Sequence record: OR493421.1
Length of the DNA: 64,000 nucleotides
Reading direction: 5' to 3' (one strand)
Part shown: positions 39,474 through 49,793 of the stretch, piece after piece
How the letters are laid out: each line of letters opens with the position of its first letter
How positions within the stretch are numbered: position 1 is the stretch's first letter
Program-made: the position numbers and the translations under genes
Notes under the pieces: generated by a model
The model's input: the letters and a program-made list of their open reading frames with translations, nothing else
Told to the model about the DNA's origin: nothing
Database searches by the model: none

Positions 39474-40083
39474 TCATCTTTTTATTCGATGGTGAGGTCA
39501 TATCAAAGAGCTGAGAACCTATCAGGTGATTGGTCGCTTTCCAAGTTCTCATGATGTCTGCTTGTTCCCTAAAGGACATTCCTGTACCCGGCACATCACC
39601 AAAGTGACTGAACCAGGTTTTCTGAACGTCGTCTTTAGTTTCAGTTTGTACTATACCATGGGTGGCGTTACGATAGAAAACGTTGTTCTTACCAACGGCA
39701 TTACAGAACGGGGAGAACTCACCACCGTAGCCTTCCAATCCTCCATCCAGATACATCTGCATAACCAATGGGTTAGCCATGATGTAATCCCGCATGAACC
39801 CCTGGGCTTGCTGTTGAGCGTTGAGGGAACCTAAATAACCGATGTCGAATCGACCTACGTATTCACCATCGCCATTCCCCGTTAGGATTTTGGATAACTC
39901 CCACGCCCTGGAATTCATGAAGTTAGAAAATCGGTCTAACGTTTTTTCTGCTTCTTTCGCCAGCCAACCTCCCATGCCTTTCACGTTATCAAAATTCATT
40001 TGGACATAGCCGGCATACTGACGCATTCGACCTTCGTCAATAGCGCCGGCACAACTAAAGCTAAACGCGTCAGCCGCATTCAT
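39448..40083 (-). CDS. conserved hypothetical protein downstream of nvRNAP beta'
   Basis: 211-aa ORF overlapping the nvRNAP stop. Confidence 0.65.
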   Translation of the reverse strand: MNAADAFSFSCAGAIDEGRMRQYAGYVQMNFDNVKGMGGWLAKEAEKTLDRFSNFMNSRAWELSKILTGNGDGEYVGRFDIGYLGSLNAQQQAQGFMRDYIMANPLVMQMYLDGGLEGYGGEFSPFCNAVGKNNVFYRNATHGIVQTETKDDVQKTWFSHFGDVPGTGMSFREQADIMRTWKATNHLIGSQLFDMTSPSNKKMNEDNEEET

Positions 40084-41689
40084 TGATTGGTGTTCCTCTC
40101 ATCATGTTGTTGAGGTTCATCAAATTCGTTGAAGTTTGATCAGCAAATCGACTTATTGTAAATGGTTCGTTTTCATCAAGCATGGACTGATGACCGAACG
40201 ACCCATACGCTTTGGCTTTGCCTTTCAAATCGCTGAGGACGTAGCAATACATCGTATCGCCGTCGAAGTCAGCATTAAAGGTTTTAACTGAGAGTATTGG
40301 TAAGTTTATCGACTCGTCTTCTAAATCTCGGTTGATCGACATAAAGAAGGCTTTTGCTGACAGGTACTGAATTGATGGGTTTCTTCCTAAAATGCAGACA
40401 ATGTCTTTTTGCTTTTCGTGCTTGGTAAAGAATTGATCGATTACCGGGACGACTTGGTGTGCTGCTGTGCTGATTACACTTTCAGCTTTCAGTGGACTGT
40501 ACCCTAAACGGTAAAGATAGCCCAAGATGTGTTTCTTCAGCATAGCTACTGCCATGATCCAAGGTATCTTAGCAACACCGGCATCATGCAACCCAGTCGT
40601 TGATGTGATAACACCACGACCTGATAAAGATAATGATCCCGCGATTACGTGTTTACGTATCAGGCTCGATTTAGCAAACAGCTGACTCTTATAGTTATCA
40701 GAGTTCTGCTTACCTAATCGAACTATCGCCTTCCCGACGATATCAGCGTTCTCCTTAAGATCCTTAATCGTACATTTATAAAACTCAGTAGAATCTCTCG
40801 TATCCGCAATAGATTGGTAGATTGCCGAGGTTTTCAATTGGGTTGAAGAAACGTACTTATCTTTACCATCTTGCTCGATGATGGTGGCGAGTTTATTGGG
40901 TACGGACAAATAGCGCGGGAAGATAAGATGACGATATTCGTAATACTTATCCAAATGCTTTTTACCATCAGCCGGCTTCATGCTCACAGCACCTCTTCCT
41001 TCACCAACAAGGAAGTGTTCCATGAATCTGTCCGCGTTCAATATAAAGCTGTTAAGCCCGGGGACTATTCCGAGTTTATCGAGTTCAGCCAACATCCGAC
41101 GACCGGACTCAGTATGCTGAGCTCGGCTTCCCCGGCGATAAGACGGATCGATGAGCCAAGTCACGATCTCAATCTTTGGAGAATTGGTTGCGATCTTCGA
41201 TAAGAAGGTTTTGTAATAAGCCGGACTGATAAATCCAACTACGCCTTCTGGAACCCTGACCCATACCTTAGTATCTAAGGAAGTCTCTACGACTTTCTCT
41301 ACAAGGGATTGACAGATAGGGCATGATCTTTTCTGACCCAACAAATAGTTGCCCTTCAGATGCCCACAGCTACACCTCGCGACGGTTTCGAATGTGTCGG
41401 TGTTGAAGTCCATACGAATCAAAGATGCGATTCGTTCTCGGTCTTCTTCCAAACAAAAATCGAAATCGTTCAGGTAAACCGGATCGACCTTAGCAGTATC
41501 ATGCAAACGGTTATAGTCAGTGAAGTCGGGATAAAGGGGTTCATAAAAACGTTTGTCGTCAGAAAGGTCACCTCCGTATTGTTCGGCATAAGTTTTAAAC
41601 TGGGCCTCTGGTTGCAATGATGAAAATTCAGGCGCTGTTAATGCATCAATAATACGATCACCGTACTGATCCATAACGTCTCCGTTCAC
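40070..41689 (-). CDS. non-virion RNAP beta' N-terminal catalytic subunit (phiKZ gp55-56.1-like)
   Basis: CSCG...CPIC zinc finger, SLSGRGVI, GRNPSI, catalytic NADFDGD. Confidence 0.92.
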   Translation of the reverse strand: MNGDVMDQYGDRIIDALTAPEFSSLQPEAQFKTYAEQYGGDLSDDKRFYEPLYPDFTDYNRLHDTAKVDPVYLNDFDFCLEEDRERIASLIRMDFNTDTFETVARCSCGHLKGNYLLGQKRSCPICQSLVEKVVETSLDTKVWVRVPEGVVGFISPAYYKTFLSKIATNSPKIEIVTWLIDPSYRRGSRAQHTESGRRMLAELDKLGIVPGLNSFILNADRFMEHFLVGEGRGAVSMKPADGKKHLDKYYEYRHLIFPRYLSVPNKLATIIEQDGKDKYVSSTQLKTSAIYQSIADTRDSTEFYKCTIKDLKENADIVGKAIVRLGKQNSDNYKSQLFAKSSLIRKHVIAGSLSLSGRGVITSTTGLHDAGVAKIPWIMAVAMLKKHILGYLYRLGYSPLKAESVISTAAHQVVPVIDQFFTKHEKQKDIVCILGRNPSIQYLSAKAFFMSINRDLEDESINLPILSVKTFNADFDGDTMYCYVLSDLKGKAKAYGSFGHQSMLDENEPFTISRFADQTSTNLMNLNNMMRGTPINECG

Positions 41690-41712
41690 TCAAAAAATGA
41701 AATGCATAAAAA

Positions 41713-41738
41713 AGGGAGGAGGCTTCCGCCTCCTCCTT
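41713..41738 (-). terminator. terminator after chmA
   Basis: AGGGAGGAGGC/GCCTCCTCCTT arms, U-tract on minus strand. Confidence 0.8.
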
Positions 41739-41760
41739 TAGTGAGCTTACAGCCGAACTC

Positions 41761-43773
41761 TTAGTAGGACGGACCAAACACCAGACCGCCACCTGCACCC
41801 AGCATCATACCGTTACCCAGAACGACGCCACCGGAGTTACCAGCAGTTGCCTGAGAGATATACTGCTGGCCAGGAGCGAAGACCTGAACGTTAGCGGCGA
41901 ACTGACCCATAGAGCCAGTAACCTGCAGAGAACCGATGGTGTTCATCGCTTTAGTGAACGCATCCATGAACAGCGGATCCCAGTAGCAACGACGAGCGAA
42001 GCCGAACAGGTTTACACCTTCAGAGAAGATGGTGGACAGCTGGATCAACAGATTGTAGCGACGCAGTTTTTCCGGAACGTTCGGGTTAGACCCGTACATG
42101 TTTTCCAGGTACTGGTTCATCGGGGTGATCTGATCTTTGTAGTGCTTGGACAGGAACATCTCGTCCACTTCGCCGAGCGCAATGCGTTTGTTATCCAGTA
42201 CAGCAGTACCGACAGGGATCAGCGCGTTAGAAACGTGCAGCACCGGTTTGCCCGGAACCCATCCGCCGTTGGCATTGTTGTTGGCCTGGTTTTCCGCGAT
42301 AACCGCAGACATGGCTTTCGCATCACCGGAGATGGAGTCGACGATAGCAATAACGGTTTTCACGCATTTGCTATAGTCTTTCGCACCGGAGGTGAGGTTG
42401 AACAGGAAGTTGGAGATTGCCGCATCCGGGCCGAACTGGATCAGGTCAGCAGCAAAGACTGCTTTAGGTCCAATATTGGCGCGAATCCAGTTAGTGGTGA
42501 AATCGATATCCGACAGTTTAGCGTCGGTCATCTCAGTACCCTTAGTGCGCGGAGGTAATCCATTTTCCATCTGACGGATGCGGTGTTCCATATCAGTCAG
42601 GGAGCCACGAGAACCTACGTTCTTAGAACGCAGAGCTTCAGCAAACAGGTAGTTGCTGTTGGTCGCCATCAGAGAGAACAGACCCATGAAGTAGGTCGAC
42701 AGGCCAGTCGCATCGCCCAGCACTTCGCCAGCTTTAGCGTGGTTCATAATAACCACCGGCTGCAGCGGGGTGTAGCCCTGAGGACGACCGTTAGGGGTCT
42801 GCAGGTACGGCTGCGGAATGTTACCGGTCAGCTGCGGGTTGAACTGCTGGATCGGAGAACCCATCAGGCTAACGGTCGCGTAGGTGTTGACGATTTCACG
42901 GGACTGCTCAGCATTACCCTGATAACCGTTGTGGTTAGCAGTTTGCATGCGGATGGTCAGGTTCGCCGGAGACAGCAGGCCTTCGTTAACATACTGACCG
43001 CGGATCGGTTCAACGCGAGCAATCGCATTACCGTGCTGACCATAGGCTTTGCCACCGGTCGCAGAGAACGGAGAAGGCAGAGAAGCTTTCGGCTGGTTGG
43101 CTGCGATTTTCGCGATCTGTACCATCAGACCCTGTTCCCAGCTACGCATGATTTCATCACGCAGCAGCGGCGATTTGCCCTGATTCAGGACATCGTCACC
43201 AACGATCTGTTCCAGGTCGATAACCATCACGTTGATGATCACGCATTCGCTCACACCTTTATCCTGGAGCATCGCTTTGTAGTGCATTTTGATCTGTTCG
43301 AACAGATCAGCACGAGCGTAGGAATCCGGGGTAAACGGCATGGACATTTTGCGCTGTTGGTTAACGCCGTTGTCGATCTGGATCTCTTCCAGGGTATTGG
43401 TCAGATGACGGTTAGAGAACAGCACCGGCATGACGTATACCGCAGGGTTGTTGTTCATGTGCAGGGAGAGCACGATGCCCGGCAGTGCAGAGATGATCGG
43501 TTTGGTGATGATGTTCACTTCCGGCAGGATCTTCTTCTGGGTTTCGCCCGGCGTACCGTTTTTCAGATCGGTTACGCGTTTCTTGATCAGAGCCGCGGTT
43601 TCTTCTACTTCCGGCACGTTCTTGGAAGAACCCAGAAGAGAAGCCTGGCCGAGCAGACCGAGCAGCTGAGAACCGAAATTCTCGGCAGAAGCAGAGACGA
43701 TCGGCTCTCCTTTACCAGCAGCAGTGTTCAGGACGGTTTGTTCCCAGTTGTTGCCATTTTGATTGTCGGACAT
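41761..43773 (-). CDS. chmA: chimallin, phage nuclear shell protein (phiKZ gp54-like)
   Basis: 670 aa, most biased codon usage in the window, own promoter and terminator, directly upstream of the nvRNAP catalytic beta' gene; extended N- and C-terminal tails. Confidence 0.8.
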   Translation of the reverse strand: MSDNQNGNNWEQTVLNTAAGKGEPIVSASAENFGSQLLGLLGQASLLGSSKNVPEVEETAALIKKRVTDLKNGTPGETQKKILPEVNIITKPIISALPGIVLSLHMNNNPAVYVMPVLFSNRHLTNTLEEIQIDNGVNQQRKMSMPFTPDSYARADLFEQIKMHYKAMLQDKGVSECVIINVMVIDLEQIVGDDVLNQGKSPLLRDEIMRSWEQGLMVQIAKIAANQPKASLPSPFSATGGKAYGQHGNAIARVEPIRGQYVNEGLLSPANLTIRMQTANHNGYQGNAEQSREIVNTYATVSLMGSPIQQFNPQLTGNIPQPYLQTPNGRPQGYTPLQPVVIMNHAKAGEVLGDATGLSTYFMGLFSLMATNSNYLFAEALRSKNVGSRGSLTDMEHRIRQMENGLPPRTKGTEMTDAKLSDIDFTTNWIRANIGPKAVFAADLIQFGPDAAISNFLFNLTSGAKDYSKCVKTVIAIVDSISGDAKAMSAVIAENQANNNANGGWVPGKPVLHVSNALIPVGTAVLDNKRIALGEVDEMFLSKHYKDQITPMNQYLENMYGSNPNVPEKLRRYNLLIQLSTIFSEGVNLFGFARRCYWDPLFMDAFTKAMNTIGSLQVTGSMGQFAANVQVFAPGQQYISQATAGNSGGVVLGNGMMLGAGGGLVFGPSY

Positions 43774-43866
43774 TCTTAACTCCTAATAGCTATTAGCTTT
43801 TTATAAAGGGGGATGTTATTAAGTTTGATCAAAACAGATAAACATTTGTGTTGTTTATCTACCTAA

Positions 43867-43883
43867 ATAATATCGGTCTGAAA
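43867..43883 (-). promoter_or_regulatory. phage promoter motif upstream of chmA
   Basis: minus TTTCAG-ACCGAT-ATTAT, same spacing as other sites. Confidence 0.6.
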
Positions 43884-44032
43884 TTATTTAGGGGTGGTAA
43901 AAACTGATCGATTTTATGCTTAACGGATTTTTACTCCGCGGCATTGGTCTCCCCTCCTTTCGGAGAGGTGTGTTTGTTTACATATAATAGATATATGTAA
44001 TAACATAATACTGAGTTACTAACAGGACTACA

Positions 44033-45145
44033 ATGAAACCTTTAAAATTAATAACAACCGATCATCGTCCTGCCGTCTATAAATATGGTAGGCTCAGTAA
44101 TGTAATACGTATCTTGGATTTTAATCGCGCTCAGTGGATCGCACGGAACGACAATACCACCTACGTTTTACAGAACCAACATCCTTTGGTTCAGCTACTT
44201 TCATTAATGAACATTCAACCTGAATGGGATCCCACCTACCTTAAAGCAATGATCGAGATGCAGGTAGATAGTTGGGCGTCGACTATCGGAATCACGTCTA
44301 TATACAATAAAGGTGTCGTAAAACAAAACGTGATGTACGCGAATGGGTTGACCGAAATGTTGGTCTCTTATCCGGCTAAAGATAATCTCGATGATTATTT
44401 CGATTTAGACGAAAGAGACATTTGCAGCATCATCCCACTGATTAGCACCGAGACGGACATCCGTTACACTAATACCACTTCGCTCAAAAACGATCCGATG
44501 AATTATGGCGGGTTTGCAGTAATAGGGGTGGATATCACGGCTTTGGGTATAGGGTATTGGCGTTACCTTAACGAACGGTTAGCTGAAGGATCAGAAACTG
44601 GATTAGGTCCTCATCGTTATTTAGCCGGCACTCCTCTAATCAACGCAAGGTGTTTGCAGCATCAATTGAGCGTATTCAATTCGCTCTATAACGTCGTGGT
44701 TAACGGTGAGAACATCGACGACCAATTAACGGTAGTCAAGGGGGAGTTCAATATCAATCCAGTGGGTGAATTACTCAAAGGATTCCTGACCTTCTTGGTC
44801 GAGACTTTAACGCTAACACCGAGCTATTCTCCTGAACACGTCATACAGAGAATAGGCGACTTTATGACGATGGATGTCAACCCTCTCATTGTAGATGCGA
44901 AGAGATACAATCGATACAGTCAAACAAACGCTATTTGGCAATTCCCAATAATGAAGTTATTGACGCTTAGTTTGGCACTCAATAATAAAAGCTTCAACGC
45001 AATGGGGACGGTCAATGGTCATATCGATGTTTGGGCTAGACAGGATATCAAAGGAATGATTAAGCATTTCGTTCCAGGCCCGTTGCAAGTGCAATATCTA
45101 GAACAAGTCACCGCTATGTTAAAACAAAATAAACTTTCTAAATAG
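44033..45145 (+). CDS. conserved hypothetical protein between chmA and DNA polymerase
   Basis: 370-aa ORF with AGGA RBS. Confidence 0.7.
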   Translation: MKPLKLITTDHRPAVYKYGRLSNVIRILDFNRAQWIARNDNTTYVLQNQHPLVQLLSLMNIQPEWDPTYLKAMIEMQVDSWASTIGITSIYNKGVVKQNVMYANGLTEMLVSYPAKDNLDDYFDLDERDICSIIPLISTETDIRYTNTTSLKNDPMNYGGFAVIGVDITALGIGYWRYLNERLAEGSETGLGPHRYLAGTPLINARCLQHQLSVFNSLYNVVVNGENIDDQLTVVKGEFNINPVGELLKGFLTFLVETLTLTPSYSPEHVIQRIGDFMTMDVNPLIVDAKRYNRYSQTNAIWQFPIMKLLTLSLALNNKSFNAMGTVNGHIDVWARQDIKGMIKHFVPGPLQVQYLEQVTAMLKQNKLSK

Positions 45146-45154
45146 GAAAATTAA

Positions 45155-46150
45155 ATGAACAACGATCACATTGAACTCGTTTTCAACGGGTTGTATGACC
45201 GCATTAGCGGGAATGAAACGTACGCTTCACGTTACTTAGGCGGTGTACTTTGGGCTAACGAACCCAGCAATACGTTTGTTTCTGGTAACGAAGGGTTTGC
45301 AGATACCGTCTCAGACGGAATAAAGAAAGCGTGGGAGTACATTAAAGGGATGTTTAAAAAGATCTTCGATTGGGTATTCGGGGGATCTTCTAAGAAGAAA
45401 GTTGAAGCGGTCAAAACAGAGGTTAAAGAAGCCCAAGAGACCATTAAAGAAGTCCAGTCTCCTCCGGAGATGACTCTGGCTCAAGCCAACGCAATGGTCG
45501 AAAAGATCTCATCTAAAACAGGTCAACAGGCGGCCCAGCGAAAGGAAGAATTAAGGAACATCCTTAAACGTAATGGCATTAACGTCGTCCCGGCCGCCAG
45601 CGTAAAAGAAGTCGCTAAGAAAGTTTTTGAATTTAATGCGGAACAGTCAAGCTCTTTTGACAAGCAAAGCAAAAAACTTGAATCTCTTCATGCCGGCTTT
45701 TTAGATCAGCTTGAAAAAATTAAGAAAGTGGAATCTCCAGCCGTTACTCCCGAAGGATACGGGGAGACCATCAGTAGAAAAATATCTGCGTTGGTTCAGG
45801 GCTCCCAACCTGTTTTAAACGGAATGGTTCAGGCTAAAAAGGAAGTGGCTGGGATTAAAGACCTCAACTCGGCTTCCACATTCTTGTCACATTCCTCATC
45901 GTTCATTAACGCAATTTCCAATAACTTAGAAAATATCAAATCGTCTAAATCTGATCTTGAAAAGAAAATTCATAAATTAGAAGAAGAAATGAACAAAGGG
46001 AATGATCTGGATAAACAATTGGACAAACCCTTTATCGATGGACTTAAGAATATTCTTAAGCTTTGTTCAAGCATTATAAGTAACACGAACGAGTTTATGG
46101 ATACGATTTCTTCTATTGCCAAAACTATCAAGGGTTGTTCTCCCCTTTAA
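45155..46150 (+). CDS. displaced head-protein paralogue
   Basis: ISGNETY and VSGNEGF motifs then 'DGIKKAWEYIKGMFKKIFDW' helix as in the 0.2-12 kb paralogues. Confidence 0.65.
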   Translation: MNNDHIELVFNGLYDRISGNETYASRYLGGVLWANEPSNTFVSGNEGFADTVSDGIKKAWEYIKGMFKKIFDWVFGGSSKKKVEAVKTEVKEAQETIKEVQSPPEMTLAQANAMVEKISSKTGQQAAQRKEELRNILKRNGINVVPAASVKEVAKKVFEFNAEQSSSFDKQSKKLESLHAGFLDQLEKIKKVESPAVTPEGYGETISRKISALVQGSQPVLNGMVQAKKEVAGIKDLNSASTFLSHSSSFINAISNNLENIKSSKSDLEKKIHKLEEEMNKGNDLDKQLDKPFIDGLKNILKLCSSIISNTNEFMDTISSIAKTIKGCSPL

Positions 46151-46160
46151 ATCATAATAA

Positions 46161-46193
46161 CTACTCCTACTCCCGATAAGGGAGTAGGAGTAG
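46161..46193. terminator. bidirectional terminator
   Basis: CTACTCCTACTCCC-GATAA-GGGAGTAGGAGTAG between convergent genes. Confidence 0.8.
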
Positions 46194-46196
46194 GGT

Positions 46197-48299
46197 TTAA
46201 TGCTCGTCACTAATTAAACGCGTTATTTTATCGTTTACGATATACAACCCACAAGCTTCCAACACAGCATAAACGGATTTTAAGTTCTGTTTAATGATCT
46301 GTCGGATATCCGCGGCTTTAATAACTTCATCGGGTAATTTACCTAATCTTGGTAATACGTCAGCAGGAACAAAGAACGTACTGATTTCTTTTTTCTCTTT
46401 CTTAACGAAGAAATCTAATAAACGATTTGCAAGTTCTCTGTCTTCCAGATCCTTACAAAACTCTTCGACCTTACCTTTATTACCTAAATAAAGGTTAACT
46501 TTCATAGCAGAATAGGGTGGTGGTGGAGCGTGTCCGTATTTAGGGGAGAACACTTCCTCCCAGAGTAAGTGGTATTGATACACAGATTGATCCGGCAATG
46601 TGTACACGTCGTCACTCTTTATCGTGTTGCGTGTTAACCAACCCCATTGGCCTTCGTTGATATCCTTAATGATGGCCCTTTCTAACTCTGCTGCTCTAAA
46701 GAGAATATCGGCCGCATCCATTTGACGTTTGTCATAAATACAATCCAATATCTCCCTCATGAGTTTGTGTGCAAAATCCTTTATCTCATGAGCTACTTTA
46801 GAACTCCTTAAGTGAACACCCTTAATTTCCATTTCAACATTTTTATTCAATACCCCTTCTACCATCAGCTGTGTGGCAAAATAGTGTTTTGACATTAATG
46901 TTGTAACGTATCCTCCAAACAGGTACTCGTTCTTCATCGTCAGACGATTACGGTAGCGTTTAGCAACGTTCATGTTTTCACTTAACTGAGCGTGCTGATG
47001 AACCGCTATCATTCGAATGAAGTAAGTAAGAACCCCATTCAATCTCAACGATTGTCCTTTTTCGTCGGTGTAATCCTCTACGACTTTATCTACGGTGTAA
47101 ATCGAGGAATCGGTATCTGAGGTTTGAACTACTTCTCGGATCATGTCCCTGATCTCATAAATGCCCGATGGAGGAATGGAGCATTTAAAGAAGACTTCAA
47201 TAAAGTCTTTCCACTTATGTTCCATTTCCAGATGATACTGGTTTAAAAAGTTTAACTGAACTTTGCTTGGTTTCGCTAAGAGTTTAGAAACACAAAGTGT
47301 GTATCTGTCCCCGTTATCAGGTGGAGTATAATCTTCAGCTTTAGCGCCTTCTGGAACTTCCGGTATATGAGAGAAGTCATCAAAGAATTTATAAAGGATT
47401 TCTTTATTCGTAACCCTCAATCCCTCGATATCCATATTGCAAAGCAAAGCCGTTAATTCAACCGGACGAAGTTGTTCCAAAAACTCTTTAATGTAGCCGA
47501 GTTGTTTAACGTCTCTCCAATACCGACGAGAACAACGTTTGACCATTTCCATAACCTGGTCTATGGTCGCGTAGTTCATCTTCAGTTTCTTGATGACTTC
47601 GTCCATTCGCTTAATGTCAGTAACTGAGAGCAACGACAGTAAGTTCTCCATCGTTCGCTCGTACGAGTTAAAGAATCGGTTACCGACCAATAACTTTTCA
47701 TTACACATGTTAGCGGTACTGGTCAAAGCACGGCAAGCACTAGTCAGAGCAGTATGACCTGACTTATTAACAAGAGGAGTCCCGCGGGATGACATTGCGC
47801 CTGATTGGGCGTTGTTGAATATTTTCAAGGCGTTTTGAATTTCGTGGAAAGCCTTCTTACCCCATTCATCACCTTCGTCACTGGCCTTTTGTTTTAACCC
47901 TTTATAGTGGGACCGAAGGCTAAGAAATTTTTCTGTTCCTATCGCGTTAACGGATTGCTCTTCTTCAGTGTTCTTGTAAGCAACCATACTAGGACTAAGA
48001 TGGCAGTTCTGACGTCTAACTTCATTAAAGAAATTAGACGCCGTCATGACTTTAACTTCTCTATCGCCGTACTTGTTTTTTACTAAAACCTGCATACGAC
48101 GATCTTTATAACCGTTTTGATTGGGTTGGATGTGTTTGGAAAGTACTTCGTAAATAGCTTTAGGATCTTCATTGCGCTTTTTACCAAGATACAAAGCCAT
48201 TTGTTCATGATAGTGTTTAACGATATTCCTATCGGCACTGTAATCGTCATCAACAAACGGACTTAAAAAAGTCTCAGTCATCTTTAAGCTCCGTTTCAC
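46197..48299 (-). CDS. split family-B DNA polymerase, motif B/C subunit (phiKZ gp50-like; likely start 48281)
   Basis: KIFNNAQSG (motif B), SDTDSS (motif C), YLFG, KGV. Confidence 0.88.
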   Translation of the reverse strand: MKRSLKMTETFLSPFVDDDYSADRNIVKHYHEQMALYLGKKRNEDPKAIYEVLSKHIQPNQNGYKDRRMQVLVKNKYGDREVKVMTASNFFNEVRRQNCHLSPSMVAYKNTEEEQSVNAIGTEKFLSLRSHYKGLKQKASDEGDEWGKKAFHEIQNALKIFNNAQSGAMSSRGTPLVNKSGHTALTSACRALTSTANMCNEKLLVGNRFFNSYERTMENLLSLLSVTDIKRMDEVIKKLKMNYATIDQVMEMVKRCSRRYWRDVKQLGYIKEFLEQLRPVELTALLCNMDIEGLRVTNKEILYKFFDDFSHIPEVPEGAKAEDYTPPDNGDRYTLCVSKLLAKPSKVQLNFLNQYHLEMEHKWKDFIEVFFKCSIPPSGIYEIRDMIREVVQTSDTDSSIYTVDKVVEDYTDEKGQSLRLNGVLTYFIRMIAVHQHAQLSENMNVAKRYRNRLTMKNEYLFGGYVTTLMSKHYFATQLMVEGVLNKNVEMEIKGVHLRSSKVAHEIKDFAHKLMREILDCIYDKRQMDAADILFRAAELERAIIKDINEGQWGWLTRNTIKSDDVYTLPDQSVYQYHLLWEEVFSPKYGHAPPPPYSAMKVNLYLGNKGKVEEFCKDLEDRELANRLLDFFVKKEKKEISTFFVPADVLPRLGKLPDEVIKAADIRQIIKQNLKSVYAVLEACGLYIVNDKITRLISDEH

Positions 48300-48365
48300 T
48301 TTAAAATTTAAAATTGTTTTCGTCTAATAAAAAGGAATGACAATAAAAAAATAATAATAAAAGAG

Positions 48366-48397
48366 GTTACTCTCATCCCATTAGGGATGAGAGTAAC
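48366..48397 (-). terminator. terminator
   Basis: GTTACTCTCATCCC-ATTA-GGGATGAGAGTAAC, U-rich run on minus strand. Confidence 0.75.
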
Positions 48398-48400
48398 GGT

Positions 48401-48814
48401 TTATTTTTTGGTACTGGTATAGGAATATTCGGCGCCGAGGTTAGCCAAGAGCTCATGCAGACTTGACTCATATTTACTTTTCCAGGTAGGGAATGTGTAA
48501 ACACGGGTTTCTCCGCTGATGACCTCAAAGGTATCTTCGTTGATCCAAGGCACCCCAATTGCGCTGAGCTCACCGTTGGATAGCTTTAAGATCAGATAAC
48601 CATCCGCGTAGTTAGGATCGTCCACATTGTTAACTTTATCCTTGAAATACGGATAAAGGTTGTAATGTTTATTGCGAAGCTCCGGATCAATTCCCCGAGC
48701 AACGTCGAACATTCCTTGGCCTAATACGGTTACGTTGGTGTAATCGTTGTTGATGATGTTTGCTTGTACCAGGGAAAAACAAACGATATCCCCGTTCTTC
48801 ACACTAATGGTCAT
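48401..48814 (-). CDS. conserved small beta-barrel (possibly SH3-like) protein
   Basis: 137 aa, KNGDIVCFSL start, beta-strand pattern; fold is inference. Confidence 0.5.
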   Translation of the reverse strand: MTISVKNGDIVCFSLVQANIINNDYTNVTVLGQGMFDVARGIDPELRNKHYNLYPYFKDKVNNVDDPNYADGYLILKLSNGELSAIGVPWINEDTFEVISGETRVYTFPTWKSKYESSLHELLANLGAEYSYTSTKK

Positions 48815-49140
48815 ACGTACTCCAGAATGATTAAGGGGAACCCCACAGTTTCAGTCATACCATTTAAAGGATTAACGGAATAAACTACCCGCTTCCTAAA
48901 AAGGGGATGTACTGTTACGGATTTCAAAAGCTCTGTGGGTGGGAGCCCATCTAGAAAAAGGTCAATGACATCTTCTTCCACATGACCATTTTGAAAGAGA
49001 TCATCAACCCATTCGGAAACGACTTCGTAAATTGTCTGATCAGAAGGAAGGGGGTCATCTCTCAAATAAATTTGTTTGATGGCCTCCAGGAAAGCTTCTT
49101 CATTGAGACTGGTGTGAGAAATCCGCATTGATGAACTCAC
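48811..49140 (-). CDS. hypothetical protein
   Basis: 109-aa ORF, coupled. Confidence 0.55.
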   Translation of the reverse strand: MSSSMRISHTSLNEEAFLEAIKQIYLRDDPLPSDQTIYEVVSEWVDDLFQNGHVEEDVIDLFLDGLPPTELLKSVTVHPLFRKRVVYSVNPLNGMTETVGFPLIILEYV

Positions 49141-49456
49141 TATTGGGTTTGTCGCACGCTAAAATGATAGTCATCTTGCGCCCGTCTGAAAGAACATTGG
49201 ACACCGAGACGTCTGCGTATTTAGCACTGATCGACTGAAGCTGGGAGTTGGTACGTTGGAAGTCTCCCAGAATTTGTTCCCGGGCTTCTTCCAACGGATG
49301 GTTAAGCTGAACATCCTGACTAGGGATATTACATTTAACCCGATGTGCTCTTAAGAGACTGCCATATGCAGAAACAAATCCTTCCACATCGGTTCCCGGC
49401 GGTATTGAAAGTTGAATAGTTATCTTAGGCACGTGGTTCTCCCGCATAGACGACAA
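49100..49456 (-). CDS. hypothetical protein
   Basis: 118-aa ORF. Confidence 0.5.
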   Translation of the reverse strand: MSSMRENHVPKITIQLSIPPGTDVEGFVSAYGSLLRAHRVKCNIPSQDVQLNHPLEEAREQILGDFQRTNSQLQSISAKYADVSVSNVLSDGRKMTIILACDKPNSEFINADFSHQSQ

Positions 49457-49793
49457 TATGTTGTGACTTCATGTTAGGACAATAAAGGTCCCATCCGAAA
49501 ACATCCCTGGCTTTCTCAATCGCAGTCATTTCTTCCGTTAATGCGACCATTCCCGGGAGAAGGTAAAAACCCAATAGGATGTCCGGGACTGAATCCTTTG
49601 GTTTAAACGCGTAGATTAAATCCTTGATGATATCAATCGCACCAGAAAGTCCGTAAGATTTAAAACGAGCTTCTAAGCTCAATTTCACAATCATTTCTAA
49701 TAACTGGTTATGTGACATCGCACCAATCTCAGGGAGTTGGAAAGTCGTCATTGCGTCTGCGATGGGTTTTACTGGAACGAGGATACGATGCAT
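49425..49793 (-). CDS. hypothetical protein
   Basis: 122-aa ORF; start uncertain. Confidence 0.5.
   Translation of the reverse strand: MHRILVPVKPIADAMTTFQLPEIGAMSHNQLLEMIVKLSLEARFKSYGLSGAIDIIKDLIYAFKPKDSVPDILLGFYLLPGMVALTEEMTAIEKARDVFGWDLYCPNMKSQHIVVYAGEPRA

Noticed and set aside
42583-43779. 398-aa plus-strand ORF antisense to chmA (also 34520-35302 antisense to chmC and 51081-52043 antisense to phuZ)
   Set aside because: Same shadow-ORF effect; the sense genes carry the motifs, RBS and terminators.
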